Shown: positions 51,220 through 64,000 of the stretch, in pieces
Layout: every line of letters begins with the position of its first letter
Position numbering within the stretch: position 1 is the stretch's first letter
From: Octopus sinensis
Lineage: Eukaryota
Reading direction: 5' to 3'
NCBI RefSeq assembly: GCF_006345805.1
Contig: NC_043011.1
Coordinates: 59,470,464-59,534,463, forward strand
Length of the DNA: 64,000 bases
Made by a program: the position numbers and the translations under genes
The notes under the pieces: model-generated
Databases searched by the model: none
What the model saw: only the letters and a program-made list of their open reading frames with translations
What the model was told of the DNA's origin: nothing

Positions 51220-51269
51220 ACTTCCGGTCGGCTGAAATATGCAGTGGAGCAGAGCAGCAGCCATTTTAG
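51220..51269. promoter_or_regulatory. ETS-like (ACTTCCGG) and YY1-like (GCCATTTT) motifs in a GC-richer patch
   Basis: Motifs at 51220-51227 and 51260-51267. Confidence 0.3.
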
Positions 51270-51909
51270 CAGCCAAGCTCCGATCGGGCTCTTCGTACAT
51301 AGACAGACACATATTTGTGTATGTGTGTGTGAGATTGTGTGTGTGTGTGTGTGGTGTGTGTGTGTGTGTGTGTGCCTTGTGTACAAGCCAAATTTTAATT
51401 TATGTGTGTGCGTGTAAGTGCAAGTATATATATATATATTATATATATATATATCTATATATATACATATATTATATATATTATATATTTCTCCCACACT
51501 CTATATGCATGCATGTGCCACACACATACACACACACACATACGCTTATATATATATATACATACATATATATGGCGCTGCGCATTAGTGTATGTAATGG
51601 AATGTATATATTTGGTGTGTATTCGTGTAGTTGTGTGTTTGTGATGGCTTATCTGGCTCCGTATGGGGAGCTTTAAGTATCATAGTTGTATATATGTAGC
51701 TGCGTGTGGTGGTGCGTGTGCAATGCCGTATAAGGAATTGCATAAGCCGTGATGTCTGTGACGCCATTTTCTATAAATGCTCCGCTAGCGTGTTTGTTAA
51801 CATGTCCGCTTAAAACGACTACAGAGTACTTGAGTGTTTTGCGTCAGTCACATGTATTGGCGAAGATGAACCGTTTATGATAGCTTGATGGGTTGGGCCA
51901 TTAGTGGGA

Positions 51910-52057
51910 AGATAGATAGATAGATAGATAGACAGACATACAGGTCCACAAGCAGACAGATACACACATAGATAGACAGAAAGATAGATATATAGATAGA
52001 TGGATAGATAGATGGATAGATATATAGATAGATAAATATATAGATAATTGGATAGAT

Positions 52058-52121
<64 letters not shown>

Positions 52122-52176
52122 GTAGAGAGAGAGAGGGAGAGAGAGAGAGAGAGGGGAGAGATACATAGATAGATTG
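51910..52176. repeat. (GATA)n/(GA)n compound microsatellite
   Basis: Direct inspection. Confidence 0.95.
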
Positions 52177-52652
52177 ATGAAAAATTTCGATTTGAAAATG
52201 TTGAAGATATGAGGGTGACAATAAAGAAGTGAAAACACAACTTTCAAAAATTCAGCAGTCGAGGTCCGAGGTCACGAAGACATTGCTCCACTGACAACGG
52301 CAGAAAAGAAACAAAAATTATGGTCGATCCGAACAGAAAAAAATGAGTTTTACAGAGCGATAAGAAACAAAAGGAAACCACAATGATTAAGATAAACGTG
52401 AACACGAAATATGAAGACGCAGGCAGAAATTCACCCCGTCGTTTTTAACGGGTACTGCACTAACTTCTAGTAAATAGACAAATTATTAGATACGATCTTC
52501 CTATGTCCAAATCAAGTTGCAAAATCTTAATATTAAATATTAATAATTATCATTATTACAAAGTTAAACAACAAATAAATCAAAGAAAATTACCATAAAC
52601 TGCACATATGTATGTATATGTGTATACATACATACATACATACATACATACA

Positions 52653-52690
<38 letters not shown>

Positions 52691-53090
52691 TTCTTAATTT
52701 CACAAGATATATGACAAAAGAATTTCTCAATAATGTATGAAATAAGAAAATGGCAGCATAAACAAAATATTTTTGTACAGAAACACAAAATATATAGAAA
52801 TATTAAGACTATGAAGAATGAAAAAGAAGATATTTTATAATAATATTAGATATTTTATGAGCAGAATTAAACATTGAAACAAGTTACATAAAGAAACTCG
52901 TAAACATAAACTGAATTTAAGAAATTTATAAATATATATATATATATCCGTGCTATTTCTAATAAACTTCGGATTAATAATATTATACTATATTTGAAAT
53001 GCAATATATTTCATTTCATTACATGTAGAATATTTCAATGCAGCTACATTATAATAGTTAACACGACTGCGTTTATCATCATCAATAATA

Positions 53091-53152
<62 letters not shown>

Positions 53153-54073
53153 TAATAATCAAATACCACAAAGTATATTGTCTAACACGCTGATCAGTTA
53201 CAAATTTACTGATTAGGATATAAAGACAAAGCAAAAGAACTTCCGCTCGGACTTGGTTATATTATCATTTCCCAAGGGACAAAAAGCGAGGATGAATTCG
53301 GCTAGACTTGATCTTAGTGTATGAAGATGACAATGAATATTGCAAACTATTTTATGCAACCTCCTATCAAACGAAATTTGCCAATGCATTACCTGCTTCG
53401 CCTATGGAGAGCATTACTATAAATACATAAGTATTTGCTATATAATCACTTTTCAATTCGGAGAAGCGGGGAGTAATTATCTGCTATTTAATTCAACTGT
53501 TGTTATAGACTTGTTTAGAACTCCACTTTGATGAAGGTTTGAAGACAGTCCAACATGCCTTCAAACCATAATTTCATTATCCATTGGAATCCTGTCATGT
53601 CGTTTCTAAGACCGAAAACAAAGGCGCCCAAATTAAAAGCAATAAGGTTTGTACTTCAAAAGTGGTGAATAATTCCTCATTACCATACAATGGTACATAA
53701 CACAACAGAATGGCAGATAATATGCTGGTCGATGCTTGACTAGCAAGACCAAGTTCATATGCTACCCGGTAAAAGTAAACAATGCTTTGTTATTCACGGT
53801 ACTTTTAACACTACTTGTAAAGGTAAGGCCTAAATATAAAAGCTCACACTATATATATATATATATATATATGAATGTATTGTCACACATTTATAAACCA
53901 ATATTGCAATTCTTATGCATGTATGTATACATATTTTACATATGTGTGTGTGTGTGCATAATGTATTTCTAATATAATGAATAATATATATTTAGAATAT
54001 ATGTGATACATACGTAATATGCATGTATCATTGGACATATTTCACATACATGTGTAAAGATACATGTATATAT

Positions 54074-54109
<36 letters not shown>

Positions 54110-54499
54110 AAAAGTCGAAGGTTTGGAAGCAGTTGTCAGTCATTAGACGCTTTATCTTCGCGCTTCGAAGAAATTCACATCAGCATGGAAGCTGACCTGT
54201 ATCGCAATAAATATTTTTACTTGTCTGTCCAAACCAACGATATCTAGCATGTTATGCTTACACTTGACAAATGTTTTGATCGCAATGTTCCGATAGTATT
54301 CCTTGCGGCGTTGATGTATATAACTATATTCAATAAGAGAGGGATTCTCTATATTTATTCCAGGGCAGACTTTCCTCCGACTGGTATCGTAAACTGTTTT
54401 GGGGACAACGTCGTGTCACACAGAAAAGTAATATTTTGATGATATTTTGGGGGCAGCTGCGAATCATATGTGTGATGAATCCCATCGAAACATAATCTA

Positions 54500-54950
54500 C
54501 ATTTTCGGTTGCATCTTAGAGCTCAAAGGGGTCCACTTTCTCTTTTGTTGATTATTTTGAAACCATCTTCTGTCCTTGGTTTGCAAATGCACAGAATTCA
54601 AAATGTCATGTAGTTGCTCTTCAAGTCTTCAAGTCTTCATGTCAATGTATAGTCTTTTTATTGGTAAGCTGAGTGCTTCATCTCCAGGTCTTCTTTGAGG
54701 TTCGTTAATCCAAATGTTTTGAGATTGTATGGAAGTTCGTCAGGGAGAGAATTTTTCCCGATTGCCGATGCGTAGGACACTATTTTCTTACGTAGCCATT
54801 GATTTCTTGTATCAGAAATGATAATGGGTTTAATGCTAAAACAGACGCTAACAGGAGGAGTATAACATTGGAATATTCCCTTTGAAATAATTCTACCATC
54901 GGAGACAATAGATTCGCTCTCGGTTAACAGTGTGAAAATTGTTGCTTAGG
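54500..54950 (-). pseudogene. Second L1/Tx1-like RT relic
   Basis: IGKNSLPDELPYNL resembles GKSPGxDGLPYEL; WTPLS lies near the expected WRPIS position. Confidence 0.4.
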
Positions 54951-55289
54951 CCTTTGTGAATCTTTCAATTGCAGCAGTTAATGTAGCAGGTACTTTTGCC
55001 ACATGTACACACCTCAACAGCCATGCGTTGGGATAGAGACGGATGACTTTCTTATAATCAAGCCATAATACCATAAGGTGTCCTGTGGTTTTTGTCTTAC
55101 TTCAGACAGGTGTTTAGCGCATCCCCACACTCGTTTCCGTTCACCTTCCTGCTCATCAACCCCTAAGCTGTTGAACCCCAGTTCAATTTCACCGCGCGGA
55201 ACCTTGGTCATGTCTCTTCTCTTATAGCCACTGACCTAGCAATATCATATGAGTGAGTCTGGTACGTAGAAACTATATGGAAGCCCATC

Positions 55290-55513
55290 AAAGGCATATG
55301 TGAGTGCCTGTGTTTATCCCCAACATCTTCATCTTGAAATCTGGTGCAGGTCTGCCTTATTCCCGTGAATGCGTGGTTCTACTAAAAGAGACCAATAGAA
55401 ATAAATACCAGACTTTTAAAATATATAAATAATGGGATACATTTGTTCGACTACAAATTATTCAAGGCGGTGCTCCAGCATGGCCGCAGTCCAATGACTG
55501 AAACAAATAAAAG
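55290..55513 (+). mobile_element. SINE B 3' half (degenerate)
   Basis: AAAAGAGACCAATAGAAATAAATACCAG..AAGGCGGTGCTCCAGCATGGCCGCAGTCCAATGACTGAAACAAATAAAA. Confidence 0.85.
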
Positions 55514-58500
55514 GTACAGAACATTGTTTCCAGAGTTGCTTGGTTGAAACTAGAAAGGTACTGATGACAATGATGGCTTGGCAGACAGACCTTTTCAGAA
55601 GGGGAAAAATTAGGTTTCTCCATTTTTCCCGCTGAAAAAGCCTTCCTGCCAAGACTCCTACCCAGGTTGTCAACGAACAAACTTTATTCTTTCGCTTTTA
55701 ATATGTTTATTAAAACTCTCTCGACACTTGGACATTTCTAACTGAATGAATTTGCTTTTTTTCCATTTTACTTTCTATTTTTTTTTTCTTTTCAAACAAG
55801 CAAGTATTGGAAAAGTGCCGAACTTTTCGCTTTGCGATTAGGGTTGGCCGTTTTTTAATGTTATTATTTTCAGTTTTTGATTCTGTTAATTACATTCTGT
55901 GAAAGCATTACACATCACAGGGAAATATTTTTTAACAAAACAACTATTAGCGCTGAACTATGTCCTAACTCATGGTCATCATCATTAAACATCATGGTTT
56001 TTTTTTTTGTATTACTGTTGTCATCATTATCATCAGTTTCTCCGTGTTGATCTCTGCACAACATGGCCGCCTTTTTCTATTTCAACCGACTCACTTAGTG
56101 CTTTTGTTCTCATATGTTTTTTCGTCTTTTCCTTATCCGGATCTGTCCATTGCTTGCTTGATACCAGTTCTGCTATCACACTCACTTCCCTCTTTTCTTT
56201 AATATCATAATGTGCCTGTTTCGGAATTATTATGTCAATTTATCGATTGATAGTTTTCAGATACAAAATTTATATTTTAATCAATTAGATTATTGCCATA
56301 TTTTCCGTGGGAAGAAGAACAGATCGAACATAATCTATCAGTTTTAAAATCTCTATTTCTTGCTTACGGCTTTTTGTCATTGCATTGGTCTGGCTAAACG
56401 AAAACTTAACTCAATATTATTACGCATAATAAGGAATGTATTCTTCACACGTTTTTCAAATATCTCTCTTGAACATCTCAACATTCAGACAAAGTATTCA
56501 CAGTTATTATTTCAGCCTCCATTCAAGAAACGTGAGTAATGTTGCCAGCAGTGGCCTTTTTACTCCTTACAGTAGCCTTCAATGTAAACTATATGTATAT
56601 GTATTCAGGACAGTGGCGCCATCTGCACGACGTCGTCACGAGACATAGACAACTCTATCACTCAAATGGTAATACATTCCACTGGACTCAACAAGTCCTA
56701 CATTATACTCACGCAGCGCAACATGAAATTAAAATGAAATGAAAATTTCACTCTAAACAATCAACATCAACCCTCAACCCATAGAAAGAATCCTTTTTAC
56801 TATATATAGACGTGTCTGGCTTTAGGAATCTGTTAGTCGAAAGCCACAATTAACCCACTCTCTCTAGGACTTTCATACATAAGTGCAAAGGCTGAACTCT
56901 TACAAAGAAATCTTAATATCATAGAACTGTTAGGTTTGTGATCTTTGACAAATGGACATTAATCACTGCTATATTTTCTCGTCCTTTCCAGAAACTATTA
57001 CTAAGACTGTTTTGTATTAGCAATAAGGTGGAGCTACTAGGTTTCTATTGTGCTTGATTTGCCCTTGTGTAATGTTGCATATCTAAAAGCTTAAGTTAGA
57101 TTGATAAAATGTTCCGGACTGAAATATATATTCTTTACTTCGTCCGTCCTTCAGACTTTTAATGGTATTTATTCTGCTGTTGGAACACAACATCGGCTCT
57201 GTAAGGCAGTCAAAAGTAATGTGCTACACTTTCACTATTTGTCAGCAATCTCTCATGTTGTTTGAAAGGAGAATGCGCCAAATCATGTGCATGCCTGGAA
57301 ATTGTATCTGTCGCATATGTGTAAAAATGTTCTTAATTTTTTTAATGCATTAAACAGAAATGGAAGAGCTTTTACGATTGGGGAATTGGTGAGGTTGAAG
57401 CTGAGCCTCCGACCAGAAACCTGGCGAGAAGCACTGAAGCCAACTAAAGACTATAAAAATTACATAATGTCTTGGTTGAGGGGTTAAACCGTGTGATCAA
57501 CAACAGATACAGTTCACCAGACGGGCTTCCTCGCTTATTCGGTCTTCGAATTGTCATTTCCAAGAATTTGGTCGACACGAAGTGATTATAGAGAATATTT
57601 GATATCACACAGATGAATCGAACCTCAAACTTTAGTGATGAATCGAATGCTTTCACCACACAGCCATACAGGCTCAGCAATACTCATTACTTATGCTCAG
57701 TAATGTAATGTATGCTACGGGCTCTTGCCGAAGGGTCTACGTCCGGGTGAACTTACGTACATAGGTTCGTTGTGCATATTTCTAGATTAAATTCATTCTT
57801 CATCTAAGATTATGCATTTGTTCGAGTATTTTTATCCCTCCAAAATGTTTAAAACCTGGCATAAAGAGCTTTATTTTCATCTCATCCTTTGATAATATCA
57901 TTTCAGATGAAAGCAAGAAATCAATATTAGCATTGCTGCAAAGAATCAATACAATTTCAGATAAATTAATGTTGGCCCTTTTAAGAGCACAACTACGGTA
58001 GTTCATTTCAGTTCTACTGCTTCTATATTTGTGATCATATCTTTGCCAATATCGGTTAATTTTAGTTGTCTTGGCATGATGCATTTCAAATGTTATGTCT
58101 AATTTAGAATTAAGCTTATCTAAACCGTTATTTTTTGCTATATTAAAAGATCCAAGCTTTTAAACCTTTTTTGTTTTTTAATTTTCATTTAACCTGATCG
58201 TTCATAAATGTGAGACTTATTTCGAGATTCGGATATTTGATATATCGGGTGAATCTCTCTGAATTTTCAGAAGAGGCATAACATTCGGGTTATGGGGGTA
58301 AATATAAACTCACTTTTAATATGGAAATTATAATTATAACGTATTTATTTTTTGCATTTCCTTTGCAAGATTCTTGGTATGAAATTGTGTACGGAAACAG
58401 ATTTTGTTGTATCCATGGAGGGTCATTTTGCGAATAATAAACACACTCACTGTTTCTATTTTACTTCTTTTGGCATTTGCCAATTAATTAATATTTAACC

Positions 58501-59182
58501 AATTAACTAAACGATTGTCTCATTAATCGTTTGGTCAATCAGTCGATCGTAATTTTGTATAAGTCCTTTCGTCGCCATTCGTGGACTCGTCAATTACATA
58601 CTCTCTCTACTTCCGGTTTGCTTCGGGTTTGTCAAGAGACCACCATGCATATTTTTAGTTCCTTTTTAGTCTTAGGTTATTAAAAATGTGTTTTTATATC
58701 TTTACAAAATCGTAACCTTATTCATAAATGATGTGCTAGGTTCAAAAATCTCTGCTGACTCCGGAAAAATGAAAATGGTTGGTCTCGAGATATTAGAAAC
58801 GAGAAAGTCAAGATGATACTTTACTTTAGCATTAGACAGAATCGTTGATAGAAATAAGTAATACTGATCGTTGTCAGCCTTACATAGTCGCTCGCCCAGC
58901 TAAAAATGGCAGCCAAAATTCCTTCGAAACGTACATTACTCACTTCAATATAGAACAGATACATTTTATAATGTAGTCGTAAAGTGTTTCATATAATTAA
59001 AGTACAAGACCATAACCCCAGTACGCGACTGATATAGTAATCAACCTTAGAAAACCAAATTAGCCTCGACAGGATTTGAACTGCATCCTATTCCGTGCTC
59101 TAATAGCTCTACCAATTTTGGGTGTGGGTGTGCGCGCATTTTATTTTATTTATACACACCACACACACACACACACACACCA

Positions 59183-59241
<59 letters not shown>

Positions 59242-59272
59242 GTATGTATATTCATATAACTGTTACAAAGCA

Positions 59273-59308
<36 letters not shown>

Positions 59309-59311
<3 letters not shown>

Positions 59312-59485
59312 GAAATGTATAGAAAAACAAAAGACGAAGACAGTTGTTATGAGCAACAAGCGTGTTAGTTTGACGTTCGGGAAATGAAAAAGTCCTTTAT
59401 GTTTCGAGCATACGCTCTTCAATAGAAAGGAATAAGAGAAAACAAACAGAGAGAGAAGGAAAAAAGCTTGTAGATTTCAGCGTTC
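59309..59485 (-). mobile_element. Family C short element (divergent), adjacent to (TA)n
   Basis: AAAACAAAAGACGAAGACAG..GTTTCGAGCATACGCTCTTCAATAGAAAGG. Confidence 0.75.
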
Positions 59486-59896
59486 CGCGGTCAAACCACT
59501 AAAAACAAGTAAAAAAAATTGCAGAATATATAGTTATAAACGACAGAGAAATATTTTAATGAACTTTTATTTAAACAATAAAAAAATTCCTGTAATCACG
59601 CCAAATTGTTTCGTAACTAAAAACATGTGAATAATTTACATTATCATATTTAACAATAAACATATTACATACATGTCTCCTTATCCTTTTCGCATGTATA
59701 TTACTGTATATTTTATATGCTTTGTACAATGATACCTTAAGGAGCTCTCTTGTTAAGAGTATCGTTCGACACGGATCATTAATCTCGGGATAGAACCTAC
59801 TGGGCGGAATACGATCCAAGTACCATAGCTGTTATTTGTAGATTATTATTATTATTATTGTTAATGTTCTTGTTATGATTTTTCTTGTTGTTGATT

Positions 59897-60128
59897 TCAG
59901 GCAGCGAGCTAGCTGAATCATTAGCACGCCGCACAAAATGCTTAGCAGCATTTCATCCGACTTTACGTTCTGAGTTCAAATTTCGCCGAGGTCGATTTTG
60001 CCTTTCAACATTTTGAGTTCGGTAAAATCAGTATAAGTTGAGTTCTGGAGGTCGACATAAGCTACCAACCACCCTTCTCATAAACTGCAGGCCTTGGGCC
60101 TATAATAGAACGGATTGCTATTATTATT
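59897..60128 (+). mobile_element. SINE family A, A2 tail
   Basis: Head, B box GAGTTCAAATT, core and (TAT)n tail. Confidence 0.88.
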
Positions 60129-60548
60129 ATTAATATTAATATTATCATAATCATTATCATCATCATCAACATCATCATAATTATTGATATTACTGTGTGC
60201 GTGTGTTTGTATATTTGTGTCGGTACATCTGTCATTTTCGGCCAACTTTAAATCGACCGCTGTATGACTGATAGCCGAGTGTATCGTCCTTAAGAGAGAT
60301 TCGAGCTTCGCATAATAATTTTGCAATCTGAAGAGGAGGTTTATTATTGGTGGAGATATTTATGTGTGTCAATGCATTAATTTCGGTTTTTGTTCGTTCA
60401 TATTGTGTCCCTTATTACTCTTTCGATGTCTCAGCAGGAATGGAGACCTTTCATGTTGAACCCTTTTGTCTAGATTACAATTAAGATTTACTCCGTTGCC
60501 TTTTAGACACGCATGCAACAATTTACCAAGACACACACGCATTAAGAT

Positions 60549-60594
<46 letters not shown>

Positions 60595-60851
60595 AAGAGT
60601 GGGAGAGAGAGTGATAGATAGACAGAGAGGGATAGAGATATAGATAGATAGATAGATAGATATATAGATATAGATATAGGCGTTTGTAGTGTATACATGC
60701 ACTTACCGAACATATGTACATACATAACACATACATACATTCATACATATACATATATACATGTATGTATATATATACATGTATATATGCATATATACAT
60801 ATATATATGAGGATCCATATACCTATGTGTATGCATGTGTTTAAATATATG

Positions 60852-60921
<70 letters not shown>

Positions 60922-61265
60922 TATACATATATAAAACGTTATAGGTTTAGAGCATATGTATACTCTTACAAACACATACACACACAGATGGTATATATTT
61001 TACATCTTCTGAGTGAATGTAGTTGCTTCCCTATAAATTCTTCAACAAGCAGAAATCGATAATGCATATGCATCACAAAATTATTCCCGATACAAAAAGA
61101 ATCAGGATATTTTCATTAATGAGACTTCGATTCTTTACTTATTCTTTCTATTGCAATACATGGAACTTAACGTATACCATATTCCAAATACTATATATAT
61201 ATATAAACACATGTATACATATAGTCTAGTTATATGTGTGCATTTACATATATATATGAATGTAT

Positions 61266-61329
<64 letters not shown>

Positions 61330-61348
61330 ATATATATGTATATATATA

Positions 61349-61461
61349 GCTCCACTCGAAACGTTAAATGTTCTTTCCTTCTTTCCTAAGCGTCCCAAAA
61401 TACTATATTTGTTCCACGTCCTCACGTTGTTGTTTTTTGTGCCTTCTTGTTTGGATCAACT
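61349..61461 (+). mobile_element. 5'-truncated family C' element within (TA)n
   Basis: CTCGAAACGTTAAA..CCTAAGCGTC..TTCCACGTCCTCACGTTGTTGTTTTTTGTG matches 23605-23720 inverted. Confidence 0.8.
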
Positions 61462-61462
61462 T

Positions 61463-61525
<63 letters not shown>

Positions 61526-61541
61526 ATAATATTATATATAT

Positions 61542-61599
<58 letters not shown>

Positions 61600-61910
61600 T
61601 ATATATATATATAATATATTATATGTTATATATATAATATATATAATATTATATTATATGGAGTGAATGGGGTAAAACGAAGCAACACAGAATGGTTTTA
61701 AAGACTGGAACAAAGCAAAAAGGATTGAAAGAAAACTAAGAGCCATCATTTTCAATGAGTAGGGCACGATATAAAAATGGGAAAGGAATGGCCAGTGGTT
61801 ATTTACAATCTGTTTTAAAATTAAATAGACGGATTTAAACCTATCACACACACAAATATTCATACTTACATATACAAACTTCTCTGTCTGTCTGTCTCTC
61901 TCTCTCTGTA

Positions 61911-62135
61911 TTGGTTGGCATCCTTTCTGTCTCGGGAGACAATGGAGTTGCGCATAAAGTAGTCTAGTCCGGCTTTTATATTTCATGTCCTGATACATTT
62001 CCTGCTGTGGCTGTGTAGTCCTATCCTGGACAAACACTCCTTCTGGCAGGTACCGCAAATGTAGCGAAGACTGTTCCTGGCTGGTTGTAATGCCATAGTT
62101 TCTTGTTGACATCTCATCTTTTCTTTCCATTTCTT
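61911..62135 (-). mobile_element. RTE-clade LINE 3' fragment with C-terminal C2H2-type zinc finger
   Basis: YICGTCQKECLSRIGLHSHSRKC then stop; short 3' UTR CCATTGTCTCCCGAGACAGAAAGGATGCC and (AG)/(ACAG) tail. Confidence 0.85.
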
Positions 62136-62414
62136 CTCTCTCTCTCTGTCACTCCTTTGTATTCCCTCTCTGTATATATATATATATATAATATATATAT
62201 TAAACAGAGTTATTGGTGAAGGATGATCAATCCATGCAAAATACTTGATAAGCGCTCTGTTGGAACTCCAGGCTAATAATATTGCTTCAGTTAGTAAAGA
62301 AATCCAACTATTCCGATGGCAGGATCCGAGGTTATAGTTCATCATCATTCTATATTGTAAATCCGCGTTTACGCTCCAGTCAAACTATTTCTACACAGTT
62401 ACACCCAGAAATAT

Positions 62415-62527
62415 CTCTGACGAAACTAGTATTAATCTTTTAGGACGTTCAACTTTTCTCAACTGATTGAGAAACCTATTAACCTATTAGTAACGTACCT
62501 ATAACAACTACTGGAAACAGCTGTAAG
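62415..62527 (+). ncRNA. Candidate type-I hammerhead ribozyme (Penelope-like)
   Basis: CT-CTGACGA-AAC-[TAGTA...TACTG]-GAAA-C-AGCT-G-TA-AG: intact core, palindromic stem III ACAGCTGT, GUA cleavage triplet, short stem I. Confidence 0.55.
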
Positions 62528-62708
62528 CCAATCTTATCTGATATATATATATATATCAGATTTATATCGTGCCCTACTCATTGAAAATGATGGCTCTTAG
62601 TTTTCTTTCAATCCTTTTTGCTTTTGTTCCAGTCTTTAAAACCATTCTTGTGTTGCTTCGTTTTACCTCCATTCACTCCATTTATCTCAATGACTCACTC
62701 ATTCTTCA

Positions 62709-62749
<41 letters not shown>

Positions 62750-62910
62750 TGAGTATGGAATCGTTGTGTCTTTTAGAACTATAATTGCAACAACCTAGCT
62801 TTAGTTTCAGTTCCAGTGTGAGGGCCTTTTGGAAAAGTGTCTTCTACTATAGATCCGAGCTGACTTGTTTCTTGGGTGAATGGGGTAGAAAGAAATATGA
62901 AACTCTGTCA

Positions 62911-62965
<55 letters not shown>

Positions 62966-62984
62966 TGTGCATGTTCAAGCGGGT

Positions 62985-63172
62985 GATATGTGTGTGCGTG
63001 CGTGATGTCCCCCAATGTCCTTACAACCGGTGTTGTATATTTTTTACTTCCCCAATAGCTAGCGTTTCGGCAACACAAGGATAGAATAGTACCACACTTT
63101 GAAAATAAGCACTGAAATTGTCCAGGCGGTGCCCCAGCATGGCCGAACTCCATTCACTGAAACAAAAGATAA
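62985..63172 (+). mobile_element. SINE B 3' half (degenerate)
   Basis: TTACAACCGGTGTTG..AGCGTTTCGGCAA..AGGCGGTGCCCCAGCATGGCCG..ACTGAAACAAAAG. Confidence 0.8.
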
Positions 63173-63239
63173 AGGATGTTCTATATATATAGATATGCAT
63201 AAATAAATAACCACACACACACACACACACATACACACT

Positions 63240-63310
<71 letters not shown>

Positions 63311-64000
63311 ATATATATAAAGAGAGAAGGAAAGAAAGCAGAGACAAAGAGAGATGTTTATACATATATCAGTATATAGTTATGCTTGTTTATGTAAATT
63401 TCCGTCGCTTTTTTCCCTCCGCAGCAAACCTCTACCCCACCTCCAATCTCCTTTCCCACTGTCTGCACTATATATATGCTTTGTTCTTCTAAACGAAGCG
63501 ATCTTTTCCTCTCTCTCCCTTCTCTCTCTACCACTCACTCCATCATTCCTTCATTTTCTATACTCTCCTTTCTATGCTTTACTTCATTAATTCCTGCAAT
63601 CTATTTTACCGAATTAGCTTTACACCTTTCATGTTCGCGCTGTTCCCTCCTCCTCCGACGAAGTCGTTTTTCCTATTCTTCTTTGTGTTTAACTTTCTGC
63701 TTGCGTAACCGTTTCTTATACGCTATTATATCTCATTTTGCCAATCTTTCATTCGTCTATTTATCTATCTAATTATTCATTCTCTTGTAATAGTTTCCTT
63801 TTCTCACACCAACTTGTGTCAAAGTTGAAGTGGATGTAAAAGCACGAGAAACAGATGAAATACAGTTTAAATATTAGTTTCACTCTTGGCAGAGAAAAAT
63901 ATATTTGTAGAGACATCTTACGTTTCTGTGTAAATATCGTCGGAGAAAACAACAAAAATGAGTGGGAAGAAGAGGAAGAAGAGAAAGCCAGAGAGACATA

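Larger units (their letters stand above)
61658..62681. repeat. Near-identical inverted repeat, arms 61658-61775 and 62561-62681
   Basis: ATGGAGTGAATGG(A)GGTAAAACGAAGCAACAC(A)AGAATGG..GAGTAGGGCACGATATAAA present in opposite orientations, differing by about 3 single-base indels. Confidence 0.92.

Noticed and set aside
54468-54496. GTGATGAATCCCATCGAAACAT hammerhead-like string
   Set aside because: Stem II cannot form in the required register, C3 is absent, and it is not in a TA-embedded element
54363-57388. Several further AG..GT exon-like segments (about 54363, 56516, 56609, 57155, 57358)
   Set aside because: Multiple frames are open, no recognisable peptide, and such matches are expected by chance in AT-rich DNA
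21040-62960. Recurrent single-base interruptions in dinucleotide arrays (GTGGTG, TATTAT, ATAATA)
   Set aside because: Pattern is equally consistent with long-read indel errors; cannot be treated as biological without reads
1-64000. Most ORFs of 60-195 aa in the provided track
   Set aside because: They are translations of TA/TG/CA/CT/AAT microsatellites (YI, CV, HT, LS runs) or of SINE bodies; no domain content
1-64000. CRISPR arrays, rRNA, prokaryotic operon structure
   Set aside because: No repeat-spacer arrays, rRNA motifs or dense ORF packing; the sequence is eukaryotic repeat-rich DNA

Overview
AT-rich, microsatellite-dense eukaryotic DNA, apparently intronic or intergenic. The repeat families match what I recall from Octopus genomes (inference; no search run). 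No complete protein-coding gene, RNA gene or CRISPR array can be supported, and almost all ORFs in the track are translated microsatellites (YI/HT/CV runs). The window is a mosaic of tRNA-derived SINEs (working labels A, B, D), decayed Tc1/mariner transposase relics, hAT and other MITEs, a Helentron-type non-autonomous element, L1/Tx1-like and RTE LINE relics, a 560-bp element sitting in (TAA)n tracts, and short (TA)n-embedded elements resembling Penelope-like pseudo-LTRs. The most interesting signal is minimal type-I hammerhead-ribozyme architecture recurring in several of these (TA)n-embedded families, with differing cores and covarying stems; the copy at 62417-62527 has an intact CUGACGA/GAAA core. 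Also notable: a mariner derivative built from two right ends, a near-identical 118-bp inverted repeat, a perfect RFX X-box palindrome, and a few small candidate exons that I cannot assign to a gene. Most repeat boundaries were placed by eye and are approximate.
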